IMG/VR virus record: IMGVR_UViG_3300036825_000154
Location: 1-44,203 of that record
Length of the DNA: 44,203 nucleotides
Reading direction: 5' to 3' (one strand)
From: a virus
Lineage: Duplodnaviria > Caudoviricetes
The stretch's first letter is position 1, and every line of letters begins with the position of its first letter. The notes beneath the pieces were generated by a model. That model was not told the origin of the DNA. It saw only the letters and a list, made by a program, of their open reading frames with translations, and did no database searches. Positions 34,801-44,203 of this stretch are shown one piece after another. Position numbers and translations under genes: made by a program.

Positions 34801-35077
34801 TATGCCTGAAATCTACCAGGCATCGAACGGTAGTCAGTACATGATCCCAGGTGATAACGGCAAGGTGATCAGCAACAAGGACATGCAGAGTGGAGGAATG
34901 AACGTCGTGGTTAACTTCAATGACTATTCGTCAGGCTCGCATACTTATGATTACCAAGCATCACAGTCAGGCAATACGCTAACCGTTGATGCTTTCATAG
35001 CAGATATGGATAACGGTGGGCCTATGAGTCAAGCCGTATCGAGAAATCACCAAGCCCCTCGCAGGGCGACAAACTAA
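31895..35077 (+). CDS. Tape measure protein (start MAEQDG)
   Basis: About 1060 aa, Ala-rich; QLSQGLASGVLRG.E.NSV.E; GGPV.AG..Y.VGE.G.PE. Confidence 0.93.
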   Translation: MAEQDGGTLSYQVEIDTAKMLTGSRRASDVLGEMEKQSGKADASLSKLEKQAGTTGSTLGALSRVATAVTAALSFREVMAYADAWTTLNNKLANAVRENESLADVTERVFQITQATRSSLNGTATLYARLERATREYNTSATDLAKLTTIINQGFVVSGATAQEAEGAIVQLSQGLASGVLRGQEYNSVAEQGSRLSIALADSLGVSIGQLRAMAAQGKLTTDVVVKGLLSQGDAIGREFAKTTMTIGQASQIAGNNITKFIGSSATVKTGMMVFNDAIITLSENLTAVSNVILAISAVIGSRYVSALTAATLATVANTVASTRAAIAQGSLRAALVAALTPLGGLVGAATLASAAIFYFYQRAQQAKQEAIDFADKLDGVIAKMRTMSSVQLAAEIDKASKSIKLQSEELKGSEAQLTDLTSRLENAKAAVAGLAQSNLLYSDAVSKLNQLESEHIQLTAQVESEQTKLSQTISKTGILRAQMNGTFQQGIDLLKRDGHEAGVSSGLFNQLGDALNFAARAKDKFNSTSLKVERPKNVQDYLDKLNDQVEIQSELNERKRSQLKAEKDIRNLGGSEQDVMLARERAGVEYDRTKAIQEQKQATKENTAEGKKAASQAESVAQKLANLKQQSEMVADSTNDLSRAQSILNAQQSLGKSATQAQITLAGQYAAKKWDTANAIKAQAAAERLLPETRENVTYTQDVKDLNTALAAKRISQSQYNATSERLEQEHQATLAQIRAGQVVTAQQDSAGSVDPVQALANENAKKMELIKQFEADGTLTHQQAIALRAGADRQYETDRVNAQWALFTQQSIGYEALGAAVDSFGQSASSALSGVITGTQSASDAMRGLADTVLSSVIQTFVEMGLQQVRAAVMGTAAQTSGIAAVTTAQVASTATTTATSVASAGTTMAAWLPAALVASVGSFGAAAIIGGAALVGAFALSKTLSGKRKNGGPVSAGSMYQVGEGGMPEIYQASNGSQYMIPGDNGKVISNKDMQSGGMNVVVNFNDYSSGSHTYDYQASQSGNTLTVDAFIADMDNGGPMSQAVSRNHQAPRRATN

Positions 35078-35078
35078 C

Positions 35079-35100
35079 AACCCGCTCCGGCGGGTTTTTT
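35079..35100 (+). terminator. Intrinsic terminator
   Basis: AACCCGC-TCCG-GCGGG followed by T6. Confidence 0.75.
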
Positions 35101-35117
35101 ATTACCGGGAGAAAACC

Positions 35118-35585
35118 GTGGCAATACCTTATCCCGACTGGCTATCCCTTCCTCAGAAGACCAACAAGGGCCGCACGATTGATACAGGGTTTCGTACCGA
35201 TCAACCTGCAGTAGGTGCGCCTATCTTTCAGCGACTGACTGATGACCTTAAAACCACCTGGTCACTGAACTGGATTTTCACTCTGCCAGAGGATCGGGCG
35301 TTTGAGCAGTGGTACCGAAGTCCGCGTTATCTCGATAACGGCAACCAGTGGTTCACCATGCTTTGCAACCTTGGCGGCTCAGGCCTACAGCTTCAGGAAC
35401 TACATTTTGTGGCCCCACCGGTGCAGACGAGCATCAACGGCAATACGACGACCTGGACGGGAAGCGTAATCACCCGGAACGTTTACAACCCGGATGATGA
35501 GTTCTCAGACGTTATTGTTGAGCTGCCGCCATATCAGTGGGGGATTATTGACGAAGTGGTTAACCGCGACATGCCGGAGTATTAA
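35118..35585 (+). CDS. Minor tail / distal tail protein
   Basis: Position after tape measure; F..W....L..G..WF. Confidence 0.75.
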   Translation: MAIPYPDWLSLPQKTNKGRTIDTGFRTDQPAVGAPIFQRLTDDLKTTWSLNWIFTLPEDRAFEQWYRSPRYLDNGNQWFTMLCNLGGSGLQLQELHFVAPPVQTSINGNTTTWTGSVITRNVYNPDDEFSDVIVELPPYQWGIIDEVVNRDMPEY

Positions 35586-36056
35586 ATGCCAACGTTACGC
35601 GAATTTCAGTCTCAGCGGCCTAACCGCATTTTGTACGACACCATGACGTTCTATCACTCGACATTCGGCTATATCCGCCTGGTGAATCGGCAAATTTATC
35701 CAAAGACGTTTGCGGGGCAGGTTTACACACCATGCAGAATGGAAGTTTCAGAGAGCCAGCAGAGCAACACGCCGGTAATCAATGCCACTGTGAAGTTTGG
35801 CCGGCTGGCGCAGGATTTCAAGCAGCAGTTGAAGCTTTGGCGTGCTTATTCACGGATAACGCCTATATCAGCCACCTACCAGCGCTTTGATGCGGCTGAC
35901 ATGAACACGCCGCTGAAGCCATGGACGCTTTACGTTAAAGATGTGTCGATGGATGAGAGTGACGTCACGTGCTCGCTAACACTGCAGAACCCGCTGAACA
36001 ACAACATCGCCTTTCTCTATAACACTTCGGAATTCCCAGGGCTGGCCAATGCATAA
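35586..36056 (+). CDS. Tail tip protein (DUF1833-like)
   Basis: F.H..FG..RLV; Y...EFPGL. Confidence 0.75.
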   Translation: MPTLREFQSQRPNRILYDTMTFYHSTFGYIRLVNRQIYPKTFAGQVYTPCRMEVSESQQSNTPVINATVKFGRLAQDFKQQLKLWRAYSRITPISATYQRFDAADMNTPLKPWTLYVKDVSMDESDVTCSLTLQNPLNNNIAFLYNTSEFPGLANA

Positions 36057-36480
36057 ATCTGACTTTGTGAACGTCATGGACGGCAAGCCGTGGCGCGATA
36101 GAGCGTGCTCATTTGACGCTGCGGATTGCTGGGGCCTGGTAGTTCTGTATTACCGCCATGTGCTGGGCATAGAGATACATCAAACACCGGACTACGAAGC
36201 CGGTAGCGACTTCCTGACGTGTTTTGATGGTGATGTTGTGTTCTGGCAGCGGGCTGCAAAGTCCGCCGATGGTTGCATATTTATCGCGTATTACGGCAAT
36301 GAACCAAAGCATGTCGGTTTGGTGGTGGATGGGCAAGCATTCCATAGCCGTGGCGAATCAGGCCAGGTGCGCTTCGACAAGCTTCGGACATTAGAAAAAG
36401 TGTTCACAAAAGTGGAGTTTTACGATTATGCCGTTGATCGAAGTTCAGCGCGTGCCGGGGATACCGAAAGAGCGACATAA
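36049..36480 (+). CDS. NlpC/P60 tail protein
   Basis: DCWGLV...HVG....H. Confidence 0.88.
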   Translation: MHKSDFVNVMDGKPWRDRACSFDAADCWGLVVLYYRHVLGIEIHQTPDYEAGSDFLTCFDGDVVFWQRAAKSADGCIFIAYYGNEPKHVGLVVDGQAFHSRGESGQVRFDKLRTLEKVFTKVEFYDYAVDRSSARAGDTERAT

Positions 36481-38920
36481 CCTCGCCGCAGGCAGTATGT
36501 TTTACCCCTGGCTGAAAACAGCTAACTTGCACCATGACGTTGAGATACTGAGGAACGGAGTTAAGGTAAAGCCTGATGACGAGCTAAATTTCCCACTTAA
36601 TCAAGGCGACGTTATCAGCGTGTTTGACCAGCCAAAAAACGGCGCACTTGGCACAATCCTTAACCCCCTCGAACACTTCAACCCAATAAAGTTTACGCAG
36701 AAAATCCTTTCGTCGCTCATCAGCCAGCCGAGCGCTAACGCTGCGACGAACAACTCCAAGACATCCCCGAACAACAGCCTTAAAGGGCAGACCAATATTG
36801 CCCGTAACGGTGAGGCGAAGCCGGATAACTACGGCCAAGTAAGGGCCTTCCCTGACCTTATCCAAGAGTCGTTATTCGAGTACTCAGAAAATGTGAAGTA
36901 CGTGACTGAGTGGATGAATTTTGGGCTCGGAAAGTATGACGTCACATCAGTTCGCTACTCAGAGTCAAATCTCGGGGCATTGGCAGGAGCCTCTTATCAG
37001 ATCTACCAGCCAGGGCAGAACATACCGCTGATCAACGAAGGCTTCGCTTTCGATGATATTGATGGACAGACGTTGCCTGGCCCGAATGAAAACGAAGAGT
37101 TCCCTGCAGAGACGGCGACAACCACTGATGTGATTTCCGGCACTTTCGCTAATGGCGAAATATCTGTAAAGATAATTAAAAATAGCGACTTCGACTATTT
37201 CTATGATCTGTCATTTCCGCACTCCGTTTCTTTCGTCATCAATGTTACTTACAACACGGTATCAGGGCCTGTTACCCGCGATGTGACGATTTTTGGCGAC
37301 ATTATTTCAACAGAAACGACAGACGACGGTTCGCCTACCAGTCCTGTCTATTTTTACACCTTTGTGTTTAACAATCTCTCCGGCAGTGATGTTTCTTCAC
37401 TTCCAGCAGACACGATCATCAACACGTCGATTCTGACGATAAATGACAATGAACCCTTTGTTGTCGGGCCTACGTTTGCCCCTGTTGCAGGCACGCAACT
37501 ATGGGTGCATTTGCAGGCGCAACTGGGTGATGAGCAGTATGCGAACTGCCGTATTACCTTCTGGCAGGTGGATGAAGAAAACGTTCCTATCCCTGGGACA
37601 AGGCAAGAAACAGAAGCAGGTTTCCCCGGTGGTGACAGGGATCCGGATACGTTCTATAAGACAGTGAAAATAACGCCGTCAGCGGGTAGTGGCCGATATG
37701 CGGTGCAGCTTGAAAGGCTTGAAAACAGCAATACCGAAAGCAAGTTAAAAGTTGAAGCCATTCACATTGTCAGGACGAGAGTTAACGTCACGTATGCGAA
37801 TGACACGCTCGTCACTGTCAGCGTTCGGGCGACAGAGCAGGCGACAAGCGCACGCGACCGCAAATACAACGCACTCATCACGCGTCACACAATTAGTTAT
37901 GACCTAGCAACCCAGACTGTCGATTACACCGAAAGGCCGTCTCGTACGTTTGCAGATGCTGTGCTGCACACCTGGGTAAAAATGGGCGGACAGGCAGAAT
38001 CCAGTATTGATATTTATGAGCTGTATTCAATTGCGGCTTCATTGCCGGATCCGCGCCTGGGTTACTTCGACTACACGTTTGATGATGAAGACATCTCGCT
38101 TGGGGCCAGGGTGCAGACCATTTGCGACGCGGCCACCGTTACCGCGTTTTGGGATGATGGCGTGTTGTCATTTACACGTGACGAGCGCAAGCCTAACGCT
38201 GCGACCTTGTTTAACCGCGCCAATACCAAAGCAGAGGATTACAGCCTTTCGTATGACATGACGCTCCCAGGCGGGTTTGATGGCGTTGAGGTCACATATA
38301 AGGATCCGGTAACAAATAAACAGGCCTTCATTCGTTATCGAATTGTTGGTGATCGGATAGAAGAGGGCGCGGCGGTTAAGCCGAAGAAGTTCAGTATGCT
38401 TTATGTACGGAACTCTTATCAGGCTCGGGACAGGGCGATCAAGGAGGTGCGCCGTCTTCTCTACTCACGGCAGACGATGTCTATTCGGGCGTTAGCCGAT
38501 GGGGAATGGGTGAATGTCGGGCAAATGGTGCAGGCTGCCGATACATACGATACCAATCAGCAAGCAGGTTACATCAAATCGCGACAAGGAAATGATTTTT
38601 ACACCAGTGAGCGCATCGAATGGCAGGGAGACATGTTTGTCATCGTAACTGATGACAAAGGAACCCCTACAGAAAGAATCCAAGCTTTTCCTCGTAGCGA
38701 CACGATATTTGGATTCACTGCAGCCGTACCAGAAATAACTCTCAATATTTTTGACGGATATAACGTCCAATCGCCATCACGTTACGTTATTGCAACGCAA
38801 GTGGAGATGGATGCAACAAAGTGGACTATTACCGAAAAGAAACCCAATGGCGACGGGACTACCTCGTTAACCATGTCGGAATATAACGATGAAATGTATA
38901 ATTACGAGGTTACAGCGTAA
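36428..38920 (+). CDS. Central tail tip / host-specificity protein (TipJ-like)
   Basis: 830 aa; PD.YG.VR.FPDL; position. Confidence 0.85.
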   Translation: MPLIEVQRVPGIPKERHNLAAGSMFYPWLKTANLHHDVEILRNGVKVKPDDELNFPLNQGDVISVFDQPKNGALGTILNPLEHFNPIKFTQKILSSLISQPSANAATNNSKTSPNNSLKGQTNIARNGEAKPDNYGQVRAFPDLIQESLFEYSENVKYVTEWMNFGLGKYDVTSVRYSESNLGALAGASYQIYQPGQNIPLINEGFAFDDIDGQTLPGPNENEEFPAETATTTDVISGTFANGEISVKIIKNSDFDYFYDLSFPHSVSFVINVTYNTVSGPVTRDVTIFGDIISTETTDDGSPTSPVYFYTFVFNNLSGSDVSSLPADTIINTSILTINDNEPFVVGPTFAPVAGTQLWVHLQAQLGDEQYANCRITFWQVDEENVPIPGTRQETEAGFPGGDRDPDTFYKTVKITPSAGSGRYAVQLERLENSNTESKLKVEAIHIVRTRVNVTYANDTLVTVSVRATEQATSARDRKYNALITRHTISYDLATQTVDYTERPSRTFADAVLHTWVKMGGQAESSIDIYELYSIAASLPDPRLGYFDYTFDDEDISLGARVQTICDAATVTAFWDDGVLSFTRDERKPNAATLFNRANTKAEDYSLSYDMTLPGGFDGVEVTYKDPVTNKQAFIRYRIVGDRIEEGAAVKPKKFSMLYVRNSYQARDRAIKEVRRLLYSRQTMSIRALADGEWVNVGQMVQAADTYDTNQQAGYIKSRQGNDFYTSERIEWQGDMFVIVTDDKGTPTERIQAFPRSDTIFGFTAAVPEITLNIFDGYNVQSPSRYVIATQVEMDATKWTITEKKPNGDGTTSLTMSEYNDEMYNYEVTA

Positions 38921-41218
38921 ATGACCACACCTACCAGCAAACCAATACCAAGTAATGATGTTATTGATTTCAAGTTCAATGCGGAAAAAATTGATGAGGT
39001 AGTCAATTCCAGTGCTGAAAAGTATGTAGATAGGTTTGGAACGGAACGTTTCACGCTTGAAGGCATTAGGAATAACCTTTCGCCGCTTGGTAAGGCCTAT
39101 ACAACGGAACAAGCCGCAGCAGCTATAACATCAGGGGAAATACAGGAAGGGGCATTCTTTTTCATCTGGTCTGATGATGAAAATTCTGTAGCTGAAAAAA
39201 ATCAAAATATTGGAGGAGTAATCACTCCTACTGGAGTTAAAATATCAAGTGAACAATTTGTTCAGATGGTATATCAACAGGCTTTAGATAACCTTGCTGC
39301 AATTTCTCAGTTAAATAACAAAACAAAAATATTGAGAAATTATGCATCTCCTGATTGGCATTGGTCTTTAGAGGGCGCTGGTGGGCCATCAGAAACGGCC
39401 ATGGCACTCGACAATGACTTTGGGTTGTGGCTGGCAGGATTGAAATCCTCTATTCAAGATTATATTGAACAGCTAATTCCTAAAAGTGTCGCTAACCGTT
39501 ATCAGAACATGCAATACGTCCTCGTTGCTAAAAATGGAATCGATGGACTGTTAACCATTAGTGATAACGGTGATCTTCGAGTTGTTGGCATGGATGACAT
39601 CCTGCAGGATCGGCTTGATGCTATCTGCTCAACAACGTTCTCTCGACGCGTGGTTGGGTTCCAGTTCGTTATTTTCACTTCAGATATGAAGACGGCTCTT
39701 TTAGCGATTGATGACGATGGAGGTCTTCATGTACCAGGAATTGACGGGCCGCTGCAGGATAATTTGGGGGAGTCGTTAGCCACAATCAAAACTGTAGGTG
39801 GTATCCCTGCAGCGGCATGGCGCGGAAATGTTGTTTGGTCAGAGCGACCGGTTCTCACTGCACAGAAGCTAACTACATCAGGTTTTGTGCTCAGCTACAT
39901 GCCAGGCGGTGAGGCGATTGCAGGCGCAGGGGTTATGTATGTCCCATCTGTACGGGAAATGCCGGTTGATGCACAGGAAATACACGGTGGAGGCTCTACA
40001 GGACAGTCACTCAACACACCGTACGACCAAGCTGGAGCTAATATTGTCAATCGTGACCCTGCATTTCGTGGGCGCGCGCTTTCCGGCGCTAATGGACGGC
40101 CAGAAGGTGGTGGGCTAACGCCAGTAAGCGCAACTGATCTCACAAACATGAACGATATGCAGTATCCGAGTTATCGGCAAGGAAACATCTTACCGATGTA
40201 TAACTCGCTGCTTTCAGCAAATCCGGGAAATCAGATCTTTATTCATGCGCCGTTTGCTGCCGGAGGGCGCTCATTCGCTCAGATCAGCAAAGGCACTGTG
40301 CCATATCAAAACGGAGTAACATTTGTACAGTTAGCTAAAAATGCTGCTGATGGGGTTGGTAAACCTTACAAGTTAAAATTTGTGACGATTGAAAATGGCG
40401 AGACGGATAATGATAACGGGAGTTCGCAAAATCCAGGGGACTTTCTGGAACAGGAAATAGCATATTTCTCTGATCTCCAAGCCGACTGTAAAGAGGTCAC
40501 TGGGCAATCAGAAGACTTCCTCATTGTGGTTGGGCAATTAGGCAGCAGGATTAACACGAAAAATCAACAAGTCGATGAAGCAGGCAATCCTATCGGGACA
40601 CCAGTGGTAGTTCAGTCCTATTCAGTATCTGCAACTGACCAGCTCAATTATGTGCGCCAAAGCGCTGCGACAGCAATAATGTATGGCCCTAAATACCTTC
40701 TTAATTGGTTGTATGGCGTAGATCTTAGCCATATCAACGCTGATGGGAAAGTGTTGCAAGGGGAGTATACGGCTCAGGCAATTTTTTGGCATCTTTATGA
40801 CCCAGCAAGAAAGGGCACATGGACTGGGCTGAAAGTAAAATCATTAACACGCAACGGTTCTACTATTGATTTACTCTGTGATGTCCCATTCGCACCGATT
40901 GTTATCGATTCAACATTTATTGCTGATTGCCTAAATAAAGGTATTGGACTTGAAAATAATTCAGCCACAGTGCAGAGCGTGTCTGTTGTTAATGGGAATA
41001 TAATTCGTGTCGAGTTTGACCAAGCCCCAGCAGATAGCGACATGCTGCTTATTGGCTTCACCAATACTACACCGCATTCAAATGGTTCAATTTATCCGCT
41101 GACATGTTTTAGGGATTCCTCCCCAAGAAAATCACGCTGGATTACAAAAAACGGCCAGCCTTTCCCGCTTTATAACTGGGCATGCCTTGATCGCCTTCCA
41201 TTGACCGGAGAGTTTTAA
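38921..41218 (+). CDS. Tail spike/fibre with SGNH-type esterase domain
   Basis: N-terminal anchor FNA.KIDE.VNS...Y.DRFG; GQSL, GGRS, NGETD and DLSH blocks. Confidence 0.75.
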   Translation: MTTPTSKPIPSNDVIDFKFNAEKIDEVVNSSAEKYVDRFGTERFTLEGIRNNLSPLGKAYTTEQAAAAITSGEIQEGAFFFIWSDDENSVAEKNQNIGGVITPTGVKISSEQFVQMVYQQALDNLAAISQLNNKTKILRNYASPDWHWSLEGAGGPSETAMALDNDFGLWLAGLKSSIQDYIEQLIPKSVANRYQNMQYVLVAKNGIDGLLTISDNGDLRVVGMDDILQDRLDAICSTTFSRRVVGFQFVIFTSDMKTALLAIDDDGGLHVPGIDGPLQDNLGESLATIKTVGGIPAAAWRGNVVWSERPVLTAQKLTTSGFVLSYMPGGEAIAGAGVMYVPSVREMPVDAQEIHGGGSTGQSLNTPYDQAGANIVNRDPAFRGRALSGANGRPEGGGLTPVSATDLTNMNDMQYPSYRQGNILPMYNSLLSANPGNQIFIHAPFAAGGRSFAQISKGTVPYQNGVTFVQLAKNAADGVGKPYKLKFVTIENGETDNDNGSSQNPGDFLEQEIAYFSDLQADCKEVTGQSEDFLIVVGQLGSRINTKNQQVDEAGNPIGTPVVVQSYSVSATDQLNYVRQSAATAIMYGPKYLLNWLYGVDLSHINADGKVLQGEYTAQAIFWHLYDPARKGTWTGLKVKSLTRNGSTIDLLCDVPFAPIVIDSTFIADCLNKGIGLENNSATVQSVSVVNGNIIRVEFDQAPADSDMLLIGFTNTTPHSNGSIYPLTCFRDSSPRKSRWITKNGQPFPLYNWACLDRLPLTGEF

Positions 41219-42124
41219 ATGACAGCAGCAATTAACACTGGTAAAGCTTATGCGGGTTTCCGCGCGGCCCTCGATTTGTCGGCATCAATACTTGACCCGC
41301 AAGCATTATTTAATGCGTACAAGGCTCGTGTAATTGCCGATGGAGGCACCGTTCCCGATGAAGCTGGATGCTTGTCCCGCTTTACCTTCTTGCTAAATAA
41401 CGGCATGTACGATCGCACCACTGTATGTGCAGCTCCAGCATTTGGTTTAAAAGTTGATGGTTCTGGGAACGTCCAGACCGTATACAACATGATCGGTGCC
41501 AGCGGTGACCTATTGGCAGGCTCCCAGGGGGTTCCACAGCGGCCAATGACTTACGATGCCACTACGCGAGCTGTGATCATTCAGATTACTTCAAGTGGTG
41601 GCTGGTTCTTGAAAAGCCGAGCCAACCAAATTATTCAAAAAGGGAAAACATATCTGATCGCTGGGCGCATGAGTGACATTGAAAGAGCGGACAATAACGG
41701 TATTCAGATGGGATATAACATTAACAATCTACCTCTGGCGTACATGAGAACCATGTTAACTAATGGCAATGCTGTAACCGAAGCATGGCGATATGGCACT
41801 CGCGACAGTGCTTGGCCTGCTGGTACGGGAGGGGCTGTCGGAGCAGCAACATCTATCTACGCTGATTTCGTCCCTTCTGCAGGGCTGTTTAAAACGCAGA
41901 CTGGTATTATTGCCGGATATGAAAAAGGTAAGTTTTCAGTTCCTTCCCCGGTTTCGGCGACAGGAAAGCTTGCCGATCTAAGCAGCTTTACGGCACCACT
42001 TTTAGTTGGTGGCTCACAAAGTGCGGGTAGTGTTGGTGCTTGCTATGGCTCATTTATGGACGCGTTATATTTGCATACCGCTGACGAGTCTGATGCAGTC
42101 CTCGCGTCACGACTGGGGATGTAA
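41219..42124 (+). CDS. Tail-spike-associated beta-rich protein
   Basis: Directly abuts the spike; Y.ARV.ADGG motif. Confidence 0.65.
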   Translation: MTAAINTGKAYAGFRAALDLSASILDPQALFNAYKARVIADGGTVPDEAGCLSRFTFLLNNGMYDRTTVCAAPAFGLKVDGSGNVQTVYNMIGASGDLLAGSQGVPQRPMTYDATTRAVIIQITSSGGWFLKSRANQIIQKGKTYLIAGRMSDIERADNNGIQMGYNINNLPLAYMRTMLTNGNAVTEAWRYGTRDSAWPAGTGGAVGAATSIYADFVPSAGLFKTQTGIIAGYEKGKFSVPSPVSATGKLADLSSFTAPLLVGGSQSAGSVGACYGSFMDALYLHTADESDAVLASRLGM

Positions 42125-42406
42125 TGCTATGCCGGGATGGACCCTGGCTATTTAACGTTGGGATTTTGATGCTGCCATTGTGTCACTTCAGTAGGAGTCA
42201 TGGTAGTTGGCGTAGGGGGGGGATTTTCAAGTTGCTCACCTACCCCATTACCCGATCTTACAAAACGTAGTCTGGCGCTGGCTTTCACGCAACGCGTAGA
42301 CAGTGTAAGATGCGCCCCATGCTATGTGGGTAGTTTTGGTTTTATGTCCATCACTGTGTCCACCGATTAAAAACGAAAGCGATTAATCCGAGAAAAAATC
42401 AATTAA

Positions 42407-44203
42407 ATGAAACACATAAGAAACTTTTCCATTATTGCCCACATTGACCACGGTAAGTCGACGCTGTCCGACCGTATTATCCAAATCTGCGGTGGCTTGA
42501 CCGAACGTGAAATGGCCGCGCAGGTGCTCGATTCTATGGATCTTGAGCGCGAGCGTGGCATTACCATCAAGGCGCAGAGCGTGACGCTGGATTATAAGGC
42601 GCAGGACGGCCAAACCTACCAGCTCAACTTTATCGACACGCCTGGACACGTTGACTTCTCCTACGAGGTTTCCCGCTCACTGGCCGCCTGTGAAGGTGCA
42701 CTGCTGGTGGTCGATGCCGGGCAGGGCGTAGAAGCCCAGACGTTGGCCAACTGCTACACCGCGCTGGATATGAATCTGGAAGTGGTGCCGGTACTGAACA
42801 AAATTGACTTGCCGGCAGCCGATCCCGATCGCGCCGCGCAGGAAATTGAAGACATCGTTGGCATCGACGCTACCGATGCGGTGCGTTGCTCGGCCAAAAC
42901 CGGCGTTGGCGTACCAGAAGTGCTCGAACGCCTGGTGCGTGATATTCCGGGGCCGGCAGGCGATCCGGAAGCACCACTGCAGGCACTGATCATTGACTCC
43001 TGGTTCGATAACTACCTGGGCGTAGTTTCCCTGGTACGCGTCAAGAACGGCACCATGCGCAAGGGCGACAAGATCAAGGTCATGAGCACCGGCCAAACCT
43101 ATAATGCCGATCGTCTGGGCATCTTCACCCCGAAACGTGTCGATCGCGACGTGTTGAACTGTGGTGAAGTGGGCTGGTTGGTCTGTGCAATTAAAGACAT
43201 CCTTGGCGCACCGGTGGGCGATACCCTGACACTGGCTCGTCAACCGGCGGACAAAGCCTTGCCGGGCTTCAAAAAAGTGAAGCCGCAGGTTTACGCAGGT
43301 CTGTTCCCGATCAGCTCCGACGACTATGAATCCTTCCGCGACGCGCTGGGCAAGCTGAGCCTGAACGACGCCTCGCTGTTCTACGAGCCAGAAAGCTCCA
43401 CCGCGCTGGGCTTCGGCTTCCGCTGTGGCTTCCTCGGCCTGTTGCACATGGAGATCATTCAGGAACGTCTGGAGCGTGAATACGATCTGGAGCTGATCAC
43501 CACCGCGCCAACGGTAGTGTATGAAGTGGAAACCACCAGCAAAGAGACTATCTACGTTGATAGCCCATCCAAGCTGCCGCCACTCAATAACATCGAAGAG
43601 CTGCGTGAACCGATCGCCGAATGTCACATGCTGATGCCGCAGGAGTTCCTGGGTAACGTGATCACTCTGTGTATTGAGAAACGCGGTGTGCAGACCAACA
43701 TGGTTTACCACGGTAACCAGGTTGCGCTGACTTACGAAATTCCGATGGCGGAAGTGGTACTAGACTTCTTCGACCGTCTGAAGTCCACCTCGCGCGGTTA
43801 TGCGTCGCTGGATTACAACTTCAAACGCTTCCAGACCTCTGACATGGTGCGCGTCGATGTGTTGATCAACAACGAGCGTGTGGATGCGCTGGCGCTGATC
43901 ACTCACCGCGACAATTCGCAGTACCGTGGTCGTGAGCTGGTAGAGAAGATGAAAGAGCTGATCCCGCGTCAGCAGTTCGATATTGCCATTCAGGCGGCTA
44001 TCGGTACTCATATCATCGCGCGTGCGACGGTGAAACAGCTGCGTAAAAACGTTTTGGCGAAATGCTACGGCGGTGACGTCAGCCGTAAGAAGAAGCTGCT
44101 GCAGAAACAGAAAGACGGTAAGAAACGCATGAAGCAGGTGGGTAACGTCGAGTTGCCACAAGAAGCGTTCCTGGCCATTCTGCACGTTGGCAAGGACAAG
44201 TAA
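42407..44203 (+). CDS. lepA: Host elongation factor 4 (LepA)
   Basis: [35 protein letters not shown]. Confidence 0.99.

Larger units (their letters stand above)
1..42300. mobile_element. Lambdoid siphovirus-type prophage inserted upstream of lepA (right boundary approximate; left boundary outside the window)
   Basis: Integration, immunity, replication, lysis, head and tail modules in canonical order, followed by host lepA. Confidence 0.95.

Noticed and set aside
42125-42406. attR core, arm-type repeats (CCATTGTGTCAC / CACTGTGTCCAC) and a G8 run
   Set aside because: attL is outside the window and the repeats are too short to support a call
42383-44185. Long minus-strand ORFs (42383-42649, 42677-43711, 43760-44185)
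   Set aside because: Shadow ORFs caused by the codon bias of lepA on the opposite strand

Overview
Bases 1 to about 42,300 are an apparently complete lambdoid, siphovirus-type prophage. It sits just upstream of the host lepA gene (42407-44203); lepA suggests a Yersiniaceae host, probably Serratia-like (inference). Gene order: tyrosine integrase; convergent excisionase; leftward early accessory operon (ANR-like, ParE-like, TGT/DpdA-like transglycosylase, Lar, ASCH, ParB-like, DUF1391); structured pL leader; CI/Cro/CII switch with six 16-bp operators; Rha-ANT antirepressor; O-like initiator with iterons; DUF968, RusA and Q; holin, SAR endolysin, Rz and Rz1; a DNA Pol III theta moron; terminase, portal, head and tail genes; an SGNH-esterase tail spike. 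The att cores cannot be fixed because attL lies outside the window. Best leads: (1) a TPR-like + HEPN two-gene moron with its own promoter and a leader terminator, a candidate undescribed defence or toxin-antitoxin system; (2) a stand-alone TGT/DpdA-like gene next to Lar, ASCH and ParB; (3) a CI that looks non-self-cleaving, plus two LexA boxes, one heading an operon that ends in xis and one facing the cI 3' end; (4) a tRNA-like RNA with a mutually exclusive hairpin; (5) a G10-tract frameshift; (6) a divergent HTH/theta module with twin palindromic operators. All family calls come from reading motifs by eye; no searches were run.
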